64,000 nucleotides of DNA, taken from contig JBHGAY010000008.1 of the NCBI GenBank assembly GCA_041946735.1, forward strand, positions 64,001 to 128,000, read 5' to 3'. The stretch is from Candidatus Eiseniibacteriota bacterium. GTDB lineage: Bacteria > Eisenbacteria > RBG-16-71-46 > CAIMUX01 > VGJL01. Positions 43,953-53,510 of the stretch are shown here, in pieces (the first letter of the stretch is position 1; each line of letters opens with the position of its first letter). The translations under genes were made by a program, and so were the position numbers. The notes beneath the pieces are model-generated. The model was given only the letters and a program-made list of their open reading frames with translations, did not search any database and had not been told where the DNA came from.

Positions 43953-44149
43953 CATCGTTCCCGTCAGGATCGCGTCATCCGCGTTTCGAGCGGCCGTTTG
44001 CGTGCCCGCTTCTTGATCGAATCGTCATGACGCAATCGAAGGACTCCGGTGACGAGTCGTACGCCGCGAACGTGCAAGACCGCGACGCGGAAGGGTAGAG
44101 TCGAGGAGAACTCGGGCATGGCCATGCGAAAGTGAAAGGAGGAGTTCTC

Positions 44150-44782
44150 ATGCGAAAGGCTCTAGGCGTTTCCCTCTTGCTTGCCGGTCTCTGTCTCGCC
44201 TTTCCCGCTCACGCTCAGTACATCGGCATCCTGCAGTCCGCGGAAACCGTGGAGAAGGGCACGACGAAACTCATGATCGCGCCGATGGTGGTGTTCGGGA
44301 AGAACGGCGCGGACGACGAGATCGGAGCGGTCGCTCGTGCCGGCTACGGGTTCACCGACCGATTCGACGCCGAGGCGAAGTTCGGGCTGTTCGAGGACCA
44401 CACGGTGATCGGAGCGGACGGTGAGCTGTGGGTCCTCCACGGAGAACGCAAAGACGAAGGGGTGGACGGCTCGCTGACCGCCGGCGCCCACTACATCTTC
44501 GGCTCCGGTGACGCCTTCGACTCCTGGGGGATCGATCTCACGCCCACCTTGAGCGGACACGTCGTCCCCAGCTTCGAGCTGGTCGGCAGCCTGGACGTCT
44601 CCTTCGAGAACCTCCGGGACGTTCCGGAGGGAGTCGACGACACGTTCACCCGTGTCCATCTGGTCCCCGGGTTCGAGTACCGGCTGAGCGACGAGGCGGA
44701 CCTCGACGGAGAGGTAGGCATCGGGTTGAACGACGACTCGTTCACCTATCTCGGACTGGGGATCGTGTTCTACCTGCGGTAG
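44150..44782 (+). CDS. Predicted outer-membrane beta-barrel protein
   Basis: AGGAGG RBS; signal peptide AHA-Q; amphipathic strands; ends YLGLGIVFYLR. Confidence 0.7.
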   Translation: MRKALGVSLLLAGLCLAFPAHAQYIGILQSAETVEKGTTKLMIAPMVVFGKNGADDEIGAVARAGYGFTDRFDAEAKFGLFEDHTVIGADGELWVLHGERKDEGVDGSLTAGAHYIFGSGDAFDSWGIDLTPTLSGHVVPSFELVGSLDVSFENLRDVPEGVDDTFTRVHLVPGFEYRLSDEADLDGEVGIGLNDDSFTYLGLGIVFYLR

Positions 44783-44856
44783 GCTTCCGCTTGCTGCCCG
44801 CAGGGCCCTGGGTTGCGGCGCGGCCGTCCCGACCTTCCAGGCGAGGAGGAGATCCG

Positions 44857-45276
44857 ATGCGCGATTCCGGAGCGAGCGGCGCCCCATCGCCGGCCGGCCC
44901 GATCCCGGAGGATCGTTACGAGACGCACCTCGACATCCGCTTCGGCCCGCTCGAGATCGTCGACGTGCCGGCGGTCGTCGCAGCCGTAACGCATCCCTGG
45001 TACAACCAGACCCTCTGCGCGGTGAACGACTCCGTCGTGCGCCTCGGGGTCCTCCGGGGGGAGTACCACTGGCACAAGCACGACATGGAGGACGAATTCT
45101 TCTTCGTCGTCGAAGGGCGGTTGCTGATCGATCTGGACGGACGGACCGTCGAGCTGGCCGAGCGCCAGGGCTTCGTCGTTCCCAAAGGGACGCTCCACCG
45201 GCCCCGCGCGCCCGAGCGCGTCGTCGTCCTCATGGTGGAGGGAAGGACCATCGTCCCGACGGGAGATGCGGCCTGA
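44857..45276 (+). CDS. Cupin domain protein
   Basis: GEYHWHKH...DEFF...VVPKG..HRP cupin motifs. Confidence 0.87.
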   Translation: MRDSGASGAPSPAGPIPEDRYETHLDIRFGPLEIVDVPAVVAAVTHPWYNQTLCAVNDSVVRLGVLRGEYHWHKHDMEDEFFFVVEGRLLIDLDGRTVELAERQGFVVPKGTLHRPRAPERVVVLMVEGRTIVPTGDAA

Positions 45277-45355
45277 TCGCCCGCCGCTCCTCCCGTCCAG
45301 CACGCGGTCCGTTTACGCCGCCCCCACGGTCGGTCCTCTTACGTTCCCGCGCCGC

Positions 45356-45796
45356 CTACCCCAGGCTCTGCAGCACCTCTTCGGGGTGCGGCTCCGGCTT
45401 CACCTTGTCGTACGCCCGCTCGATCTTCCCGTCCGGCCCGATGACGTAGGTGATCCGGCGGGCGTGCGCGTCCTCGGCGCTGTCGCAAGCCCCATAGGCA
45501 AGGCCGATCGCGCGCGACGTGTCGCAGAGAAGCGGAAAAGGGAATCCCTGCGCCTCGGCGAACGACCGGTTCTGCTCGAGGGAGTTGAAGCTGCAGCCCA
45601 GGATGACGGCATTCTTCGTTCGGAAGCTCTCGATCCGGTCGCGGAACCCGCGACCCTCGGCCGTTCATCCACCGGTGTTGGCTTCCGGGTAGAACCACAG
45701 GACCACGTGGCGGCCGCGGTAGTCCGCGAGGCGGATCTTCTGCCCCGTGTGTGCCATGACTTCGAAATCGGGAGCCGGATCGCCGACCTTCAGCAT
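45356..45796 (-). CDS. bcp: Selenocysteine-containing peroxiredoxin (BCP/PrxQ subfamily), 146 aa, Sec44
   Basis: AAGGAGG RBS; MLKVGDPAPDF...WFYPEANTGG-TGA-TAEG...FPFPLLCD...RITYVIG; in-frame TGA at 45667-45665 occupies the PxxxTxxC cysteine position. Confidence 0.88.
45637..45655 (-). promoter_or_regulatory. Putative bacterial SECIS hairpin
   Basis: mRNA GGUCGCGG-GUU-CCGCGACC, perfect 8-bp stem starting 9 nt after the UGA, G at loop start. Confidence 0.75.
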
Positions 45797-45865
45797 GCGG
45801 ACCTCCTTGTCGGATTCGGGTGAGGGGAGTGCGGAGCAAACGACGCCCGCCCGCGCCAGCCGCGA

Positions 45866-45950
45866 CCGAGCCGGCCGCGCGCGTCGGCTCGCCGAGCCGG
45901 TCCGAGCCGGTCCGAGCCGGCACGAGTCGGCCGAGCCGGTCCGAGCCGGC
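45866..45950. repeat. Cluster of CCGAGCCGG repeats, mostly 10-bp period
   Basis: Copies at 45866, 45892, 45902, 45912, 45931, 45941. Confidence 0.8.
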
Positions 45951-46002
45951 CGGGTCCAGTCTACTTCAAGCCCGGTCGCGGGTCTGCTATCCTCGGCCCC
46001 CG

Positions 46003-47304
46003 ATGGCCATGCCTACCGAACGCTCTTCCTCTGTCCTGCTGCAGAGGCTCACCACTCTCGCCCGCTGGCGCCGCCTGATCCTTGCCCAGACGCTCGCCAC
46101 CGCGGCCGTCGCCGCGATCGTCTCGCTTCTGCTCCCCGAGTGGTTCCGGTCGACCGCTTCGGTATTCCCGCCCGAAGAGGAGCAGCCGTTCGTCGCCTCC
46201 GACGCCTCGCTTGCCCTCTCCGCGATGAACCTCGGGCGCGCCTCGCTCCCGCTGCTCACGAATCCTTCCGACCTGTACGGATCGATCCTGAAGAGCCGGT
46301 CGGTTCGCGAGGCGATCATCGAGAAGCACGGCCTCGAGGACGAGTTCAAGGTCGAGACGATGGACGACGCGCTCAAGATCCTCCGCGCGCGGACCCGCGT
46401 GAAGGTCGGAAACGATGGCGTCGTCTCGGTGACGGTCACCGACAAGAGCGCCGCGAAGGCGGCAGCGATCGCGAACGATTACGTGGCGATGCTCGACCAG
46501 AAGGTCCGTGAGAGACGCCGCTCGACCGCATCGGCGGTCCGCGCCTTTCTCGAGAATCGGGTCGAGGAGTGCCGCTCCGCGCTCGCCCAGGCCGAGGAGG
46601 ATCTCCAGAGGATTCAGCAACGCACCGGCATTCTCGCCCCCGAGGACCAGGCGAGGGCGATCCTGAACAGCGCGGTCCAGGTCGAGCTGGCCCGCCGGTC
46701 TCGTGAGGTGGAGTTGGGGATGCTCCGCGCCCAGGTGGGACCGAGCGACCCGCAGTACGCCCGCCTGACGCGCGAGATCGGCCTGCTGAACCGCCAGCTC
46801 GAGGAGATGGACCAGGGCGGCGGCGGTCGCGGTCCGCTCGTGGCGCAGGCGGGAGATCCGGCTGCGGGCGCCTTCTGGAACGACTCGGTGGCCGCCGGCA
46901 TGGTCGCCGTCCGCCCTCAGAACGTGCCGCTCGCCGAGTTCCCGGCACGGGCCGCCGTGTACCTCCGCGCCTACCGCGAAGTGAAGATCCAGGAGGCGCT
47001 CTACCAGATCCTGATCGAGCAGTTCGAGCAGAGCCGGATCCAGGAGCTGCGCGACACGCCGAGCGTCCAGGTGCTCGACGCCGCCGTCCCGGCCGAGCGG
47101 CGATCGCGGCCGATCCGCTGGCTGATCGTCGCAAGCGCGACGATCCTCGCGTTCGCGATCTCCTACGGCATGGCGCTCGGCTTCGACGCCCTCGAACGCA
47201 CTCGCCGCGAAGATCCCATTCGCTGGAAGACCCTCGGCGCCCTCGGTTCCAGCCTGCGCCCGAGCCGCTGGTTCGGGCGCGGCGACGACCTCCCCGCTCC
47301 GTAG
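46003..47304 (+). CDS. Polysaccharide co-polymerase / chain-length determinant (Wzz/GumC-like, GNVR domain)
   Basis: N-terminal TM, ILKSRSV, coiled coil, VQVLDAAVPAE..SRP.R followed by TM; no kinase domain. Confidence 0.85.
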   Translation: MAMPTERSSSVLLQRLTTLARWRRLILAQTLATAAVAAIVSLLLPEWFRSTASVFPPEEEQPFVASDASLALSAMNLGRASLPLLTNPSDLYGSILKSRSVREAIIEKHGLEDEFKVETMDDALKILRARTRVKVGNDGVVSVTVTDKSAAKAAAIANDYVAMLDQKVRERRRSTASAVRAFLENRVEECRSALAQAEEDLQRIQQRTGILAPEDQARAILNSAVQVELARRSREVELGMLRAQVGPSDPQYARLTREIGLLNRQLEEMDQGGGGRGPLVAQAGDPAAGAFWNDSVAAGMVAVRPQNVPLAEFPARAAVYLRAYREVKIQEALYQILIEQFEQSRIQELRDTPSVQVLDAAVPAERRSRPIRWLIVASATILAFAISYGMALGFDALERTRREDPIRWKTLGALGSSLRPSRWFGRGDDLPAP

Positions 47305-47342
47305 GCGGCGCAGGGCGGTCGGGCGGACACCCGCGGATCGAT

Positions 47343-48707
47343 ATGCGGCAACATTCTCCCTGGATCCCGGCGCGGCTGCTGCCGTCTCGCGACCTCCCAA
47401 ACGCGACCGTTCTCGCGGCCGGGCTTGCGATCGCGCTCCTCGGAAACGTGGCGATCCTCCTCGCTCTCCCGCGCGCCCACGTCCTTCTCGCTCTCGCTGC
47501 TGGAGTGGCGGCCGCGCTCTTCCTGATCGGGCGGCTCTCGTGGTCGGTCGCGCTCCTCGCCATCGGCGCGCCGCTCCTCGATCCGATCACGGTTCTGTTG
47601 CGCGACGAGGCGGTGCTCTTCTATGTGACACGCCTGCTCGTCGCCGGAGGAGCCGCCTGGCTCCTGTTCGTCTCTCCCGACCCGATCGAGCCTTTGATGC
47701 GCCTCGCGCGCGACCGGGTGTTCCAGGCGGCCGTCCTGCTCGGCGCCGTCCTCTTCGTTCGGGCGATCGACTCGCCGGCTCCCGAGTACGCGCGCTGGAA
47801 GATGATCAGCTACGCGGGGACCAACCTGCTTCTGTTCGCCGGAGGGTTCCTGGCGCTCGCCCCGCGGACGGCCGATGCTCCGGCTGCCTCGGATGCGCGC
47901 CTGCGCTCTCTCCTGCGCGCCTCGCTGGCGTTCGCGGTCCTGATGGGGTGCGTCGCGCTCCTGAACTGGCCGCTGCACTTTCACAAATACGGCGCGAGGC
48001 TGACGGCGCTCGGGATCAACCCGGTCTGGATGGCGCGGACGATGGGGCTGGGGATCTTGATCGCGGTCGCGTTTCGCGCGGAGGCGCGCATCGGGCGGGC
48101 GGCGGTCGTGGTCCTCTCCGCCCTCCTGGGACTCGTCCTCGTGCTCGCCGGCTCCCGCGCCCCGCTGGCGGGGACGCTTCTGGCGGTCGCCCTCTTCTCC
48201 CTCTTCCTCTACCGGCGGCGAATCACGTTTGCGCGGCTCGCGGCGCTTGCGTCCGCGGGGATCGCCACCGGAGGAGTGGCGCTGATCGCGATGCCCGAGG
48301 TGCTGCGCGAGCGTTTCCTGCATCCGACCGGGGAGCTGTCGGCGGTCGCGCGCATGGGGATCGCGCGCGTCGTGCGCGAGGGCTTCGCGCAGGCCGGCTG
48401 GCTCGGCCTCGGCACAGGCGGCTTCAGCAAGATGATGGGGCTCGGCGACCGCCGGGTCTACCCGCACAACCTGGTCGCCGAGATCACCATCGAGAACGGC
48501 ATCCCCGGTCTGGTCGCGCTCCTGCTCTTCCTCGGCCTCGCCTTCCATCGCGGGATCGTGGGGCTGCGGAAGCGGCGGGCGGGCGCGACGCCCGCCCTGT
48601 TGATGGCGCTGTTCATCTACGCGGTCTGGAACGCGCAGTTCAGTGGCGACATCACGGTGAACGAATGGGTCTGGCTCTTCGCCGGATGCCTCGCCGCCCG
48701 CGCATGA
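47343..48707 (+). CDS. O-antigen ligase/polymerase family protein
   Basis: NPVWMA, AGSRAP, GLGTGGF, YPHN...E.GIPG. Confidence 0.82.
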   Translation: MRQHSPWIPARLLPSRDLPNATVLAAGLAIALLGNVAILLALPRAHVLLALAAGVAAALFLIGRLSWSVALLAIGAPLLDPITVLLRDEAVLFYVTRLLVAGGAAWLLFVSPDPIEPLMRLARDRVFQAAVLLGAVLFVRAIDSPAPEYARWKMISYAGTNLLLFAGGFLALAPRTADAPAASDARLRSLLRASLAFAVLMGCVALLNWPLHFHKYGARLTALGINPVWMARTMGLGILIAVAFRAEARIGRAAVVVLSALLGLVLVLAGSRAPLAGTLLAVALFSLFLYRRRITFARLAALASAGIATGGVALIAMPEVLRERFLHPTGELSAVARMGIARVVREGFAQAGWLGLGTGGFSKMMGLGDRRVYPHNLVAEITIENGIPGLVALLLFLGLAFHRGIVGLRKRRAGATPALLMALFIYAVWNAQFSGDITVNEWVWLFAGCLAARA

Positions 48708-49975
48708 GCGGGGCGCGGCCGCTTCGGATCGCCGCCTTTTCCGCGGTCGACCTGTCCCTGCCTGGAGGGCACGCGCTCCACCTACGCGGCCTGCTCGATG
48801 CCCTCGCCTCCCGCGGTCACGACATCGTCCTCGTGACCCCCGCGCCGTCGGGCTCCGCGCCGCCCACTCGGTTCGCGCGCCTGACCGTCCCGCTGCTGCA
48901 ATGGCGCGTGCTCGGGCATTGGAGCTTCGAGCTGCTCGGCGGCGTGCGGCTGCTCGCGCGCGCCCTCCTCGCCCGCCCGCATCTGATCTACGCGCGGCAG
49001 GACCTCTACACGCGCGCGCCCGCGGTCGTCGCGCGCCTGCTCCGGCTCCCTCTCGTCCTCGAGGTGAACGCGTCGATCGTCGACTCGTTGCCGGCCGAGA
49101 CGCGGCGGAGCGTGCGGCGGATGGTGGCGGCGTCCGAGCAGCGCATGGCGCGCGCCGCTTCGGCCATCGTGGTGCTCGACGAGAGGCTGGGGGAGCGGCT
49201 CGCCGAGCGAACCGGCATCCCGCGCGAACGCCTGCGCACCGTCCCGATCGCCACGCACCTCCCGTCGGCGCTCATCCTTGCCGCGGGACCCGCCACGCGC
49301 CGCGAGGAGGGAATCGCCGCGGGGACGTTCGTGGTGGGCTTCGCGGGGAACCTCTCGCCCATGCAGGGGAGCGACCGGTTGCTCGAAGCGGTGGCGAGCT
49401 TCCCGGCCGTCGGCGCCGACCCGCCGGTCGTTTGCTGGATCGTCGGCGACGGAGCCGGCGCTGCGGCGCTGCGCCGCCGCGCCCGCGCGCTGGGTCTCGA
49501 CGGCCGCCGGGTTCGCTTCTTCGGCGGCCTGCTCCGCGAGGAGACGGACCGCCTTCTCGCCGCCTGCCACGTCCTCGTCGCCCCGTACCATGTCGATTCG
49601 TGGGAGCGCGCCTCGCGCGGCGGACCGATCTCCTCGAAAATCCTGACCTATCTCGCGTCCGACCGGCCGGTCGTCGTCACGCCGCTTTCTCCCTACGCCT
49701 GGATCGAGGAGAGGGGATTCGGCTCGCTGGCCGCGAGCGACGAATCGGCGGATCTGGCTCGTGCGATCGCCGCGTGGGCTGTCCGCTGGCGGGACGATGG
49801 GGCGCCCGAGGTCGACTGGCCGTGGCCGTCGCCCGGTCCCGCACGCCGCTGGATCGAGGCGGAGCGGACGTGGGATCACGCGGCTGCCGACGTGGAGGAT
49901 GTCCTGCGGGGGATCGCGGGGCCGGCGGCTCCGAGCGGACGCGCCGCTACTTCGTCAGCGCCACGACCGAGATGA
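48704..49975 (+). CDS. Glycosyltransferase family 4
   Basis: ATGA overlap with upstream gene; LEVNA, GFAGNL..MQG, IVGDG, KILTYLA. Confidence 0.82.
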   Translation: MSGARPLRIAAFSAVDLSLPGGHALHLRGLLDALASRGHDIVLVTPAPSGSAPPTRFARLTVPLLQWRVLGHWSFELLGGVRLLARALLARPHLIYARQDLYTRAPAVVARLLRLPLVLEVNASIVDSLPAETRRSVRRMVAASEQRMARAASAIVVLDERLGERLAERTGIPRERLRTVPIATHLPSALILAAGPATRREEGIAAGTFVVGFAGNLSPMQGSDRLLEAVASFPAVGADPPVVCWIVGDGAGAAALRRRARALGLDGRRVRFFGGLLREETDRLLAACHVLVAPYHVDSWERASRGGPISSKILTYLASDRPVVVTPLSPYAWIEERGFGSLAASDESADLARAIAAWAVRWRDDGAPEVDWPWPSPGPARRWIEAERTWDHAAADVEDVLRGIAGPAAPSGRAATSSAPRPR

Positions 49976-51242
49976 CGAGCGCCGTGATCCCGCTGATCGG
50001 CGCGAGCAGCGTCGACACGCGGTAGGTCCACCGCTCCGGGACGATCACCGTGGCGCCGGGGGCGAGGTAGGCTTCGCTCCCCACGTCCTGCGCCTTCGCT
50101 CCCTCCGCCGGGCGCAGCTTCCACCCGTCGCCGCGCCCCAGCTCGGTCGGGCCGCCCGCCATCCGCACGTAGTCCGAAGCGGTGCGGGTCGGAAGGTGCG
50201 CGTACGGTCCCGGATATCGCACCGCGCCGATCACGTAGACCCAGCGGTTGCGCACGGCTGCCTCGAGCTGATCGCCGGCTTCGAGCGGCAGGCTCTGCGC
50301 CTCCTCACGGCTCAGCGCGCGCCGCTCACCGCCACGCACGAGGAACACCTCGCCGCTCGCGTCCTCCGACAGCCCGCCCGCTCGAGCGAGCAGGAAGCCG
50401 GCCGTGTCCCCGTCGAGCCATTCGAGCATGATGTTCGGCGGTTCGACGATCCGTGAGCCGACGTTCGGGACGACGACCGCCTGAGTCGGTCCCGGTAGGC
50501 CTCGCACCGCTCCCGCGACCCGCACGAAGTCCTGGGCAGGCGGGACGTGCACGCGGCAACCGGGCCGCAGCGGCGGGTTCTGGTCGACGTCCCCTTCGAT
50601 CGCGAAGCGGACGAGATCGACCTCGCGCTTCGATCCGTCCGGCTGCTCGAGGACGACGCGGCGCAGCGTGCCGCCGGGGAGCGGCCCACCCGCTGCGGCG
50701 AGGGCGATCGAGAGCCGGTCGTATCCGCGCAGCGACTGGATGCCCGGATTGACAACGAGCCCGGTCACCGGCACACGGAAGGCGCCCGGCTGCAGGAGAT
50801 GGACGGCGAGCGGCTTGCCGGGGAACCGGACGCTGAGCTTCTCGCGAATCGCGCCGTCGACCTCCGCGAGGCTTCGCCCGGAAGCGGGGACCGAGTCGAC
50901 GCCCGGCAGCAGCAGGTCTCCCTCCGCGCTGACCGCGACGCGCCATCCGCGATCGGTCTCGCCGCCGACCTCGATCTGCACGACGTCTCCCGGGACCATC
51001 GTGTAGGTGGCGGGATCGATCGGACGCTCGAGCGCGGGAGAGACTTCCGGAGAGCCGCTCGTCGAAGTCGTGATCTGCCCGAGCTGCGAAGGACGGAAGA
51101 GCGCGTCGTACTCGAAGGAGCCGGCGTCGAAGCCGGCCGCGCCGGCCGGCCGCGAGGCGAGCGGCCCAAGGGTCGCGATGACCGCGACGAGCACCATGGC
51201 GACGCTCCGCGCGGTTTCGCTCGCTGCCGCTCTCGATCCCAT
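49947..51242 (-). CDS. Polysaccharide export protein with SLBB domains (Wza/KpsD-like)
   Basis: YTMVPGD, VSAEG, repeated V.V.G.V..PG and AGG SLBB motifs; C-terminal helix. Confidence 0.82.
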   Translation of the reverse strand: MGSRAAASETARSVAMVLVAVIATLGPLASRPAGAAGFDAGSFEYDALFRPSQLGQITTSTSGSPEVSPALERPIDPATYTMVPGDVVQIEVGGETDRGWRVAVSAEGDLLLPGVDSVPASGRSLAEVDGAIREKLSVRFPGKPLAVHLLQPGAFRVPVTGLVVNPGIQSLRGYDRLSIALAAAGGPLPGGTLRRVVLEQPDGSKREVDLVRFAIEGDVDQNPPLRPGCRVHVPPAQDFVRVAGAVRGLPGPTQAVVVPNVGSRIVEPPNIMLEWLDGDTAGFLLARAGGLSEDASGEVFLVRGGERRALSREEAQSLPLEAGDQLEAAVRNRWVYVIGAVRYPGPYAHLPTRTASDYVRMAGGPTELGRGDGWKLRPAEGAKAQDVGSEAYLAPGATVIVPERWTYRVSTLLAPISGITALVISVVALTK

Positions 51243-51354
51243 CGAGTCCCTCCCTTCGGCGGCCCCCGTCCCTCGTTCCGGTCGGATCATACGGACCGCG
51301 AAGCGCGTCCCGCAATCACACGGGAGCCAATCCGGATGCCGCCCGTCCTCGCGC

Positions 51355-51425
51355 CGCCCGCACCCGCGAACCCGCCACCCACGAACCCGCCCCCCACGAG
51401 CCCGCGAGCCCCCGCGAACCCGCCT
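51355..51425. repeat. Imperfect ~15-bp CCC(G/A)CGAACCCGCC repeats
   Basis: Several copies between ompW and the SLBB gene. Confidence 0.6.
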
Positions 51426-51434
51426 CGCTCCCTC

Positions 51435-52097
51435 TCAGAAGCGGAATCCGACGCCGAGCCCGAAGGTGAGCCTGTCGAGGTGCAGGGTCGACGTCCCTCT
51501 CTCCTGCGAGTCGACCTCGAGATCGAGCGGGTTCCATCGGAGGTCGAAGTTCCAGAGGACGTTCCGCGCCAGGCCGACGTCGGCCCCGAGCTGCACGGCC
51601 GGTCCGGCTCCCGTACGCACATCGTCGGAATCGAGCAGCCCGCTCTTCTCCCAGCAAACTGTGAGATTTCCTCCCAGCCCGACGTACGGGCGGAAGCTCG
51701 TGGAGCTGCGCGGCCGGTACTGCAGGAGCAGATCGATCGGGAGCAGTTCGAGCGAGCCGAGGCGCAAGTCGTCGCCGCCGTCCTGCTGCGCCACGTTGAC
51801 CTCGCGCGACTCGGTTCCTGCGGTCAGCTCGAGGGCGAACCGCCGGCTCACCGCCCGCGACACCGACGCCTCGAGCATGAATGCGCTGTAGACCTTGTAG
51901 CCGGGCGGGTCGGACTCCTCACTCGAGCCGGTCAGGATCGCGCGCGTCCGAAACGTCCACGCCGGCTCGCCGGACAGCGCCGGCTCGCCGGACAGCGCCG
52001 ACTCGCCGGACAGTGCCGACTCGGCGCGCGCCTCGGCCGCCGGCGTGCAAGCCGCCGCGACGATCAGGATCCCGACATAGAGATTTCCCCGCCTCAT
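51435..52097 (-). CDS. OmpW family outer-membrane protein
   Basis: LLP..LLLQY, FRPYVGLG, Q.GAD, terminal GVGFRF. Confidence 0.8.
   Translation of the reverse strand: MRRGNLYVGILIVAAACTPAAEARAESALSGESALSGEPALSGEPAWTFRTRAILTGSSEESDPPGYKVYSAFMLEASVSRAVSRRFALELTAGTESREVNVAQQDGGDDLRLGSLELLPIDLLLQYRPRSSTSFRPYVGLGGNLTVCWEKSGLLDSDDVRTGAGPAVQLGADVGLARNVLWNFDLRWNPLDLEVDSQERGTSTLHLDRLTFGLGVGFRF
51961..52023 (-). repeat. 18-bp tandem repeat encoding E(S/P)ALSG x3.5 after the OmpW signal peptide
   Basis: ESALSG ESALSG EPALSG EPA. Confidence 0.85.
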
Positions 52098-53392
52098 CCC
52101 TTCCCCTCCCTTTCACGAACCCTTTCGTCAGGAGCCCCCCCGCCGAGAATGCCACCTCGGACGCGACGAGCAACCGTCCGCGCGGACTCCGGCAGGTAGT
52201 CCTTCCATCCGACGAGCGACGGCTCGAGCGGGAAGATCCGCCGCCGCGGCCGCGGCAGCGGATAGCGACCCGCCGCCGCGTCGCGGACGAGGTTCGCGTA
52301 GTCGCGTCCCATCCGCTCGACCGTGAAGCGCTCGGCCACCGTCCGGTGAGCTTCCGCGGCCATCCGAAGCCACCCCTCCCGATCGGCGTCGACGGACGCG
52401 ACCGCGCGCGCGAAGGCGGAGGCGTCGCGCGGGACGAGCCAGCCGGACCGTCCCGGCACGACCGACTGGTCGGTCACCCCGCGGATCTCCGTCGCGATCG
52501 GCACGCATCCCGACGCCTGCGCCTCCAGGATCGAGACGCTCATCCCTTCGATCCGCGACGCCAGCAAGAGCGCGTGCGCGCCGCGGTAGACATTGCGCGC
52601 CGCCTCGCGGTCCAACTCTCCCAGCCAGTCGATCGAATCGGCGACGCCGAGCGCGCGAGCCTTCTCGCGCAGCCGCGCCGCGTCGGGACCGTCCCCCGCG
52701 ATGCGCAGCCTCGCGGCCCGCCCGGACGGCGCCGCCGCCTGCACTTGAGCCAGGATCTCCGGCAGCAGGAGCACCCCTTTCAGCGCCTCCTCGACACGCC
52801 CCACGTACGCGAGCACGAGCGGCCGATCCTTCTTCGCCCGCGCCTGCTCGAGGGCCGAGGGGTCGAGCGCGACGCCGTGCGGGATCCGCACGACCGGACG
52901 CGATCCGGCGCGCATCCGCGCCGCATCCTCGATCCGTTCCGACGGGACGATCAAAGCGTTCCACGCGTCGCGGGCCGCGCAGCCGGTCCGCAGCATCGGC
53001 TCGGTGGGGGAGTGGAGGACGGGAAAGACCGCCATCCGGTTCGGAAGGAGCCGCATGGCGGCCTGTGCCGGCTCGCAATGATGCAGCAGGATCGCGTCGT
53101 AGCGGAGGCGCGCGAGGGTGCGCCCGACACGCACCGCATGCGCCGCTCGCGAAAGCAGCTCGCCGCGAAGGATCGCGTGCGCCCGCATTCCGGCATCCGC
53201 GGCCGCTCGCTCGAACCAACCCCCGCGCTCCTGTGTCGCGAAGAGATCGACCTCGAAGCCGGCGCGCGTGAGCTCCCGGCCGATGTCGAGGAGGATCGAG
53301 CCGACGCCTCCGCATCGCAGAGCATAGGCCGCCTGCGCCACGCGCAGGGGGCGGCCGGCGTCTTCTCCAACTGCGCTGCGCTCGGTAGCCAC
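52094..53392 (-). CDS. Glycosyltransferase family 4
   Basis: IPHGV, YVGR...KG, IAGDGP, EGMSVSILEA (ExxxxxxxE). Confidence 0.87.
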   Translation of the reverse strand: MATERSAVGEDAGRPLRVAQAAYALRCGGVGSILLDIGRELTRAGFEVDLFATQERGGWFERAAADAGMRAHAILRGELLSRAAHAVRVGRTLARLRYDAILLHHCEPAQAAMRLLPNRMAVFPVLHSPTEPMLRTGCAARDAWNALIVPSERIEDAARMRAGSRPVVRIPHGVALDPSALEQARAKKDRPLVLAYVGRVEEALKGVLLLPEILAQVQAAAPSGRAARLRIAGDGPDAARLREKARALGVADSIDWLGELDREAARNVYRGAHALLLASRIEGMSVSILEAQASGCVPIATEIRGVTDQSVVPGRSGWLVPRDASAFARAVASVDADREGWLRMAAEAHRTVAERFTVERMGRDYANLVRDAAAGRYPLPRPRRRIFPLEPSLVGWKDYLPESARTVARRVRGGILGGGAPDERVREREGKG

Positions 53393-53510
53393 GGGAGAGA
53401 TCGTAGCACTCCCGCGTCATGCGGACAGACCGCGCGGGCGCCCTAGGCAAGGGGCCGAGCCCGAAGGGCAGGAGCGGCCGATCGGCGGCCGGGGGCGGCA
53501 ATGGAGAGCC

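Noticed and set aside
45665..45667. Peroxiredoxin pseudogene by nonsense mutation, or genome-wide UGA recoding
   Set aside because: The UGA sits exactly at the catalytic Cys with a SECIS-like hairpin and an intact downstream frame; UGA ends many other genes here (acs, atpB, atpC), so the code is standard.
45339..45923. ORF-track calls of 194 aa (-), 185 aa (+) and 90 aa (-)
   Set aside because: Shadow frames of the UGA-interrupted peroxiredoxin.
47540..48703. 811-aa glycosyltransferase with long N-terminal extension
   Set aside because: The extension is a shadow frame of the ligase gene; the GT4 starts at the ATGA overlap at 48704.
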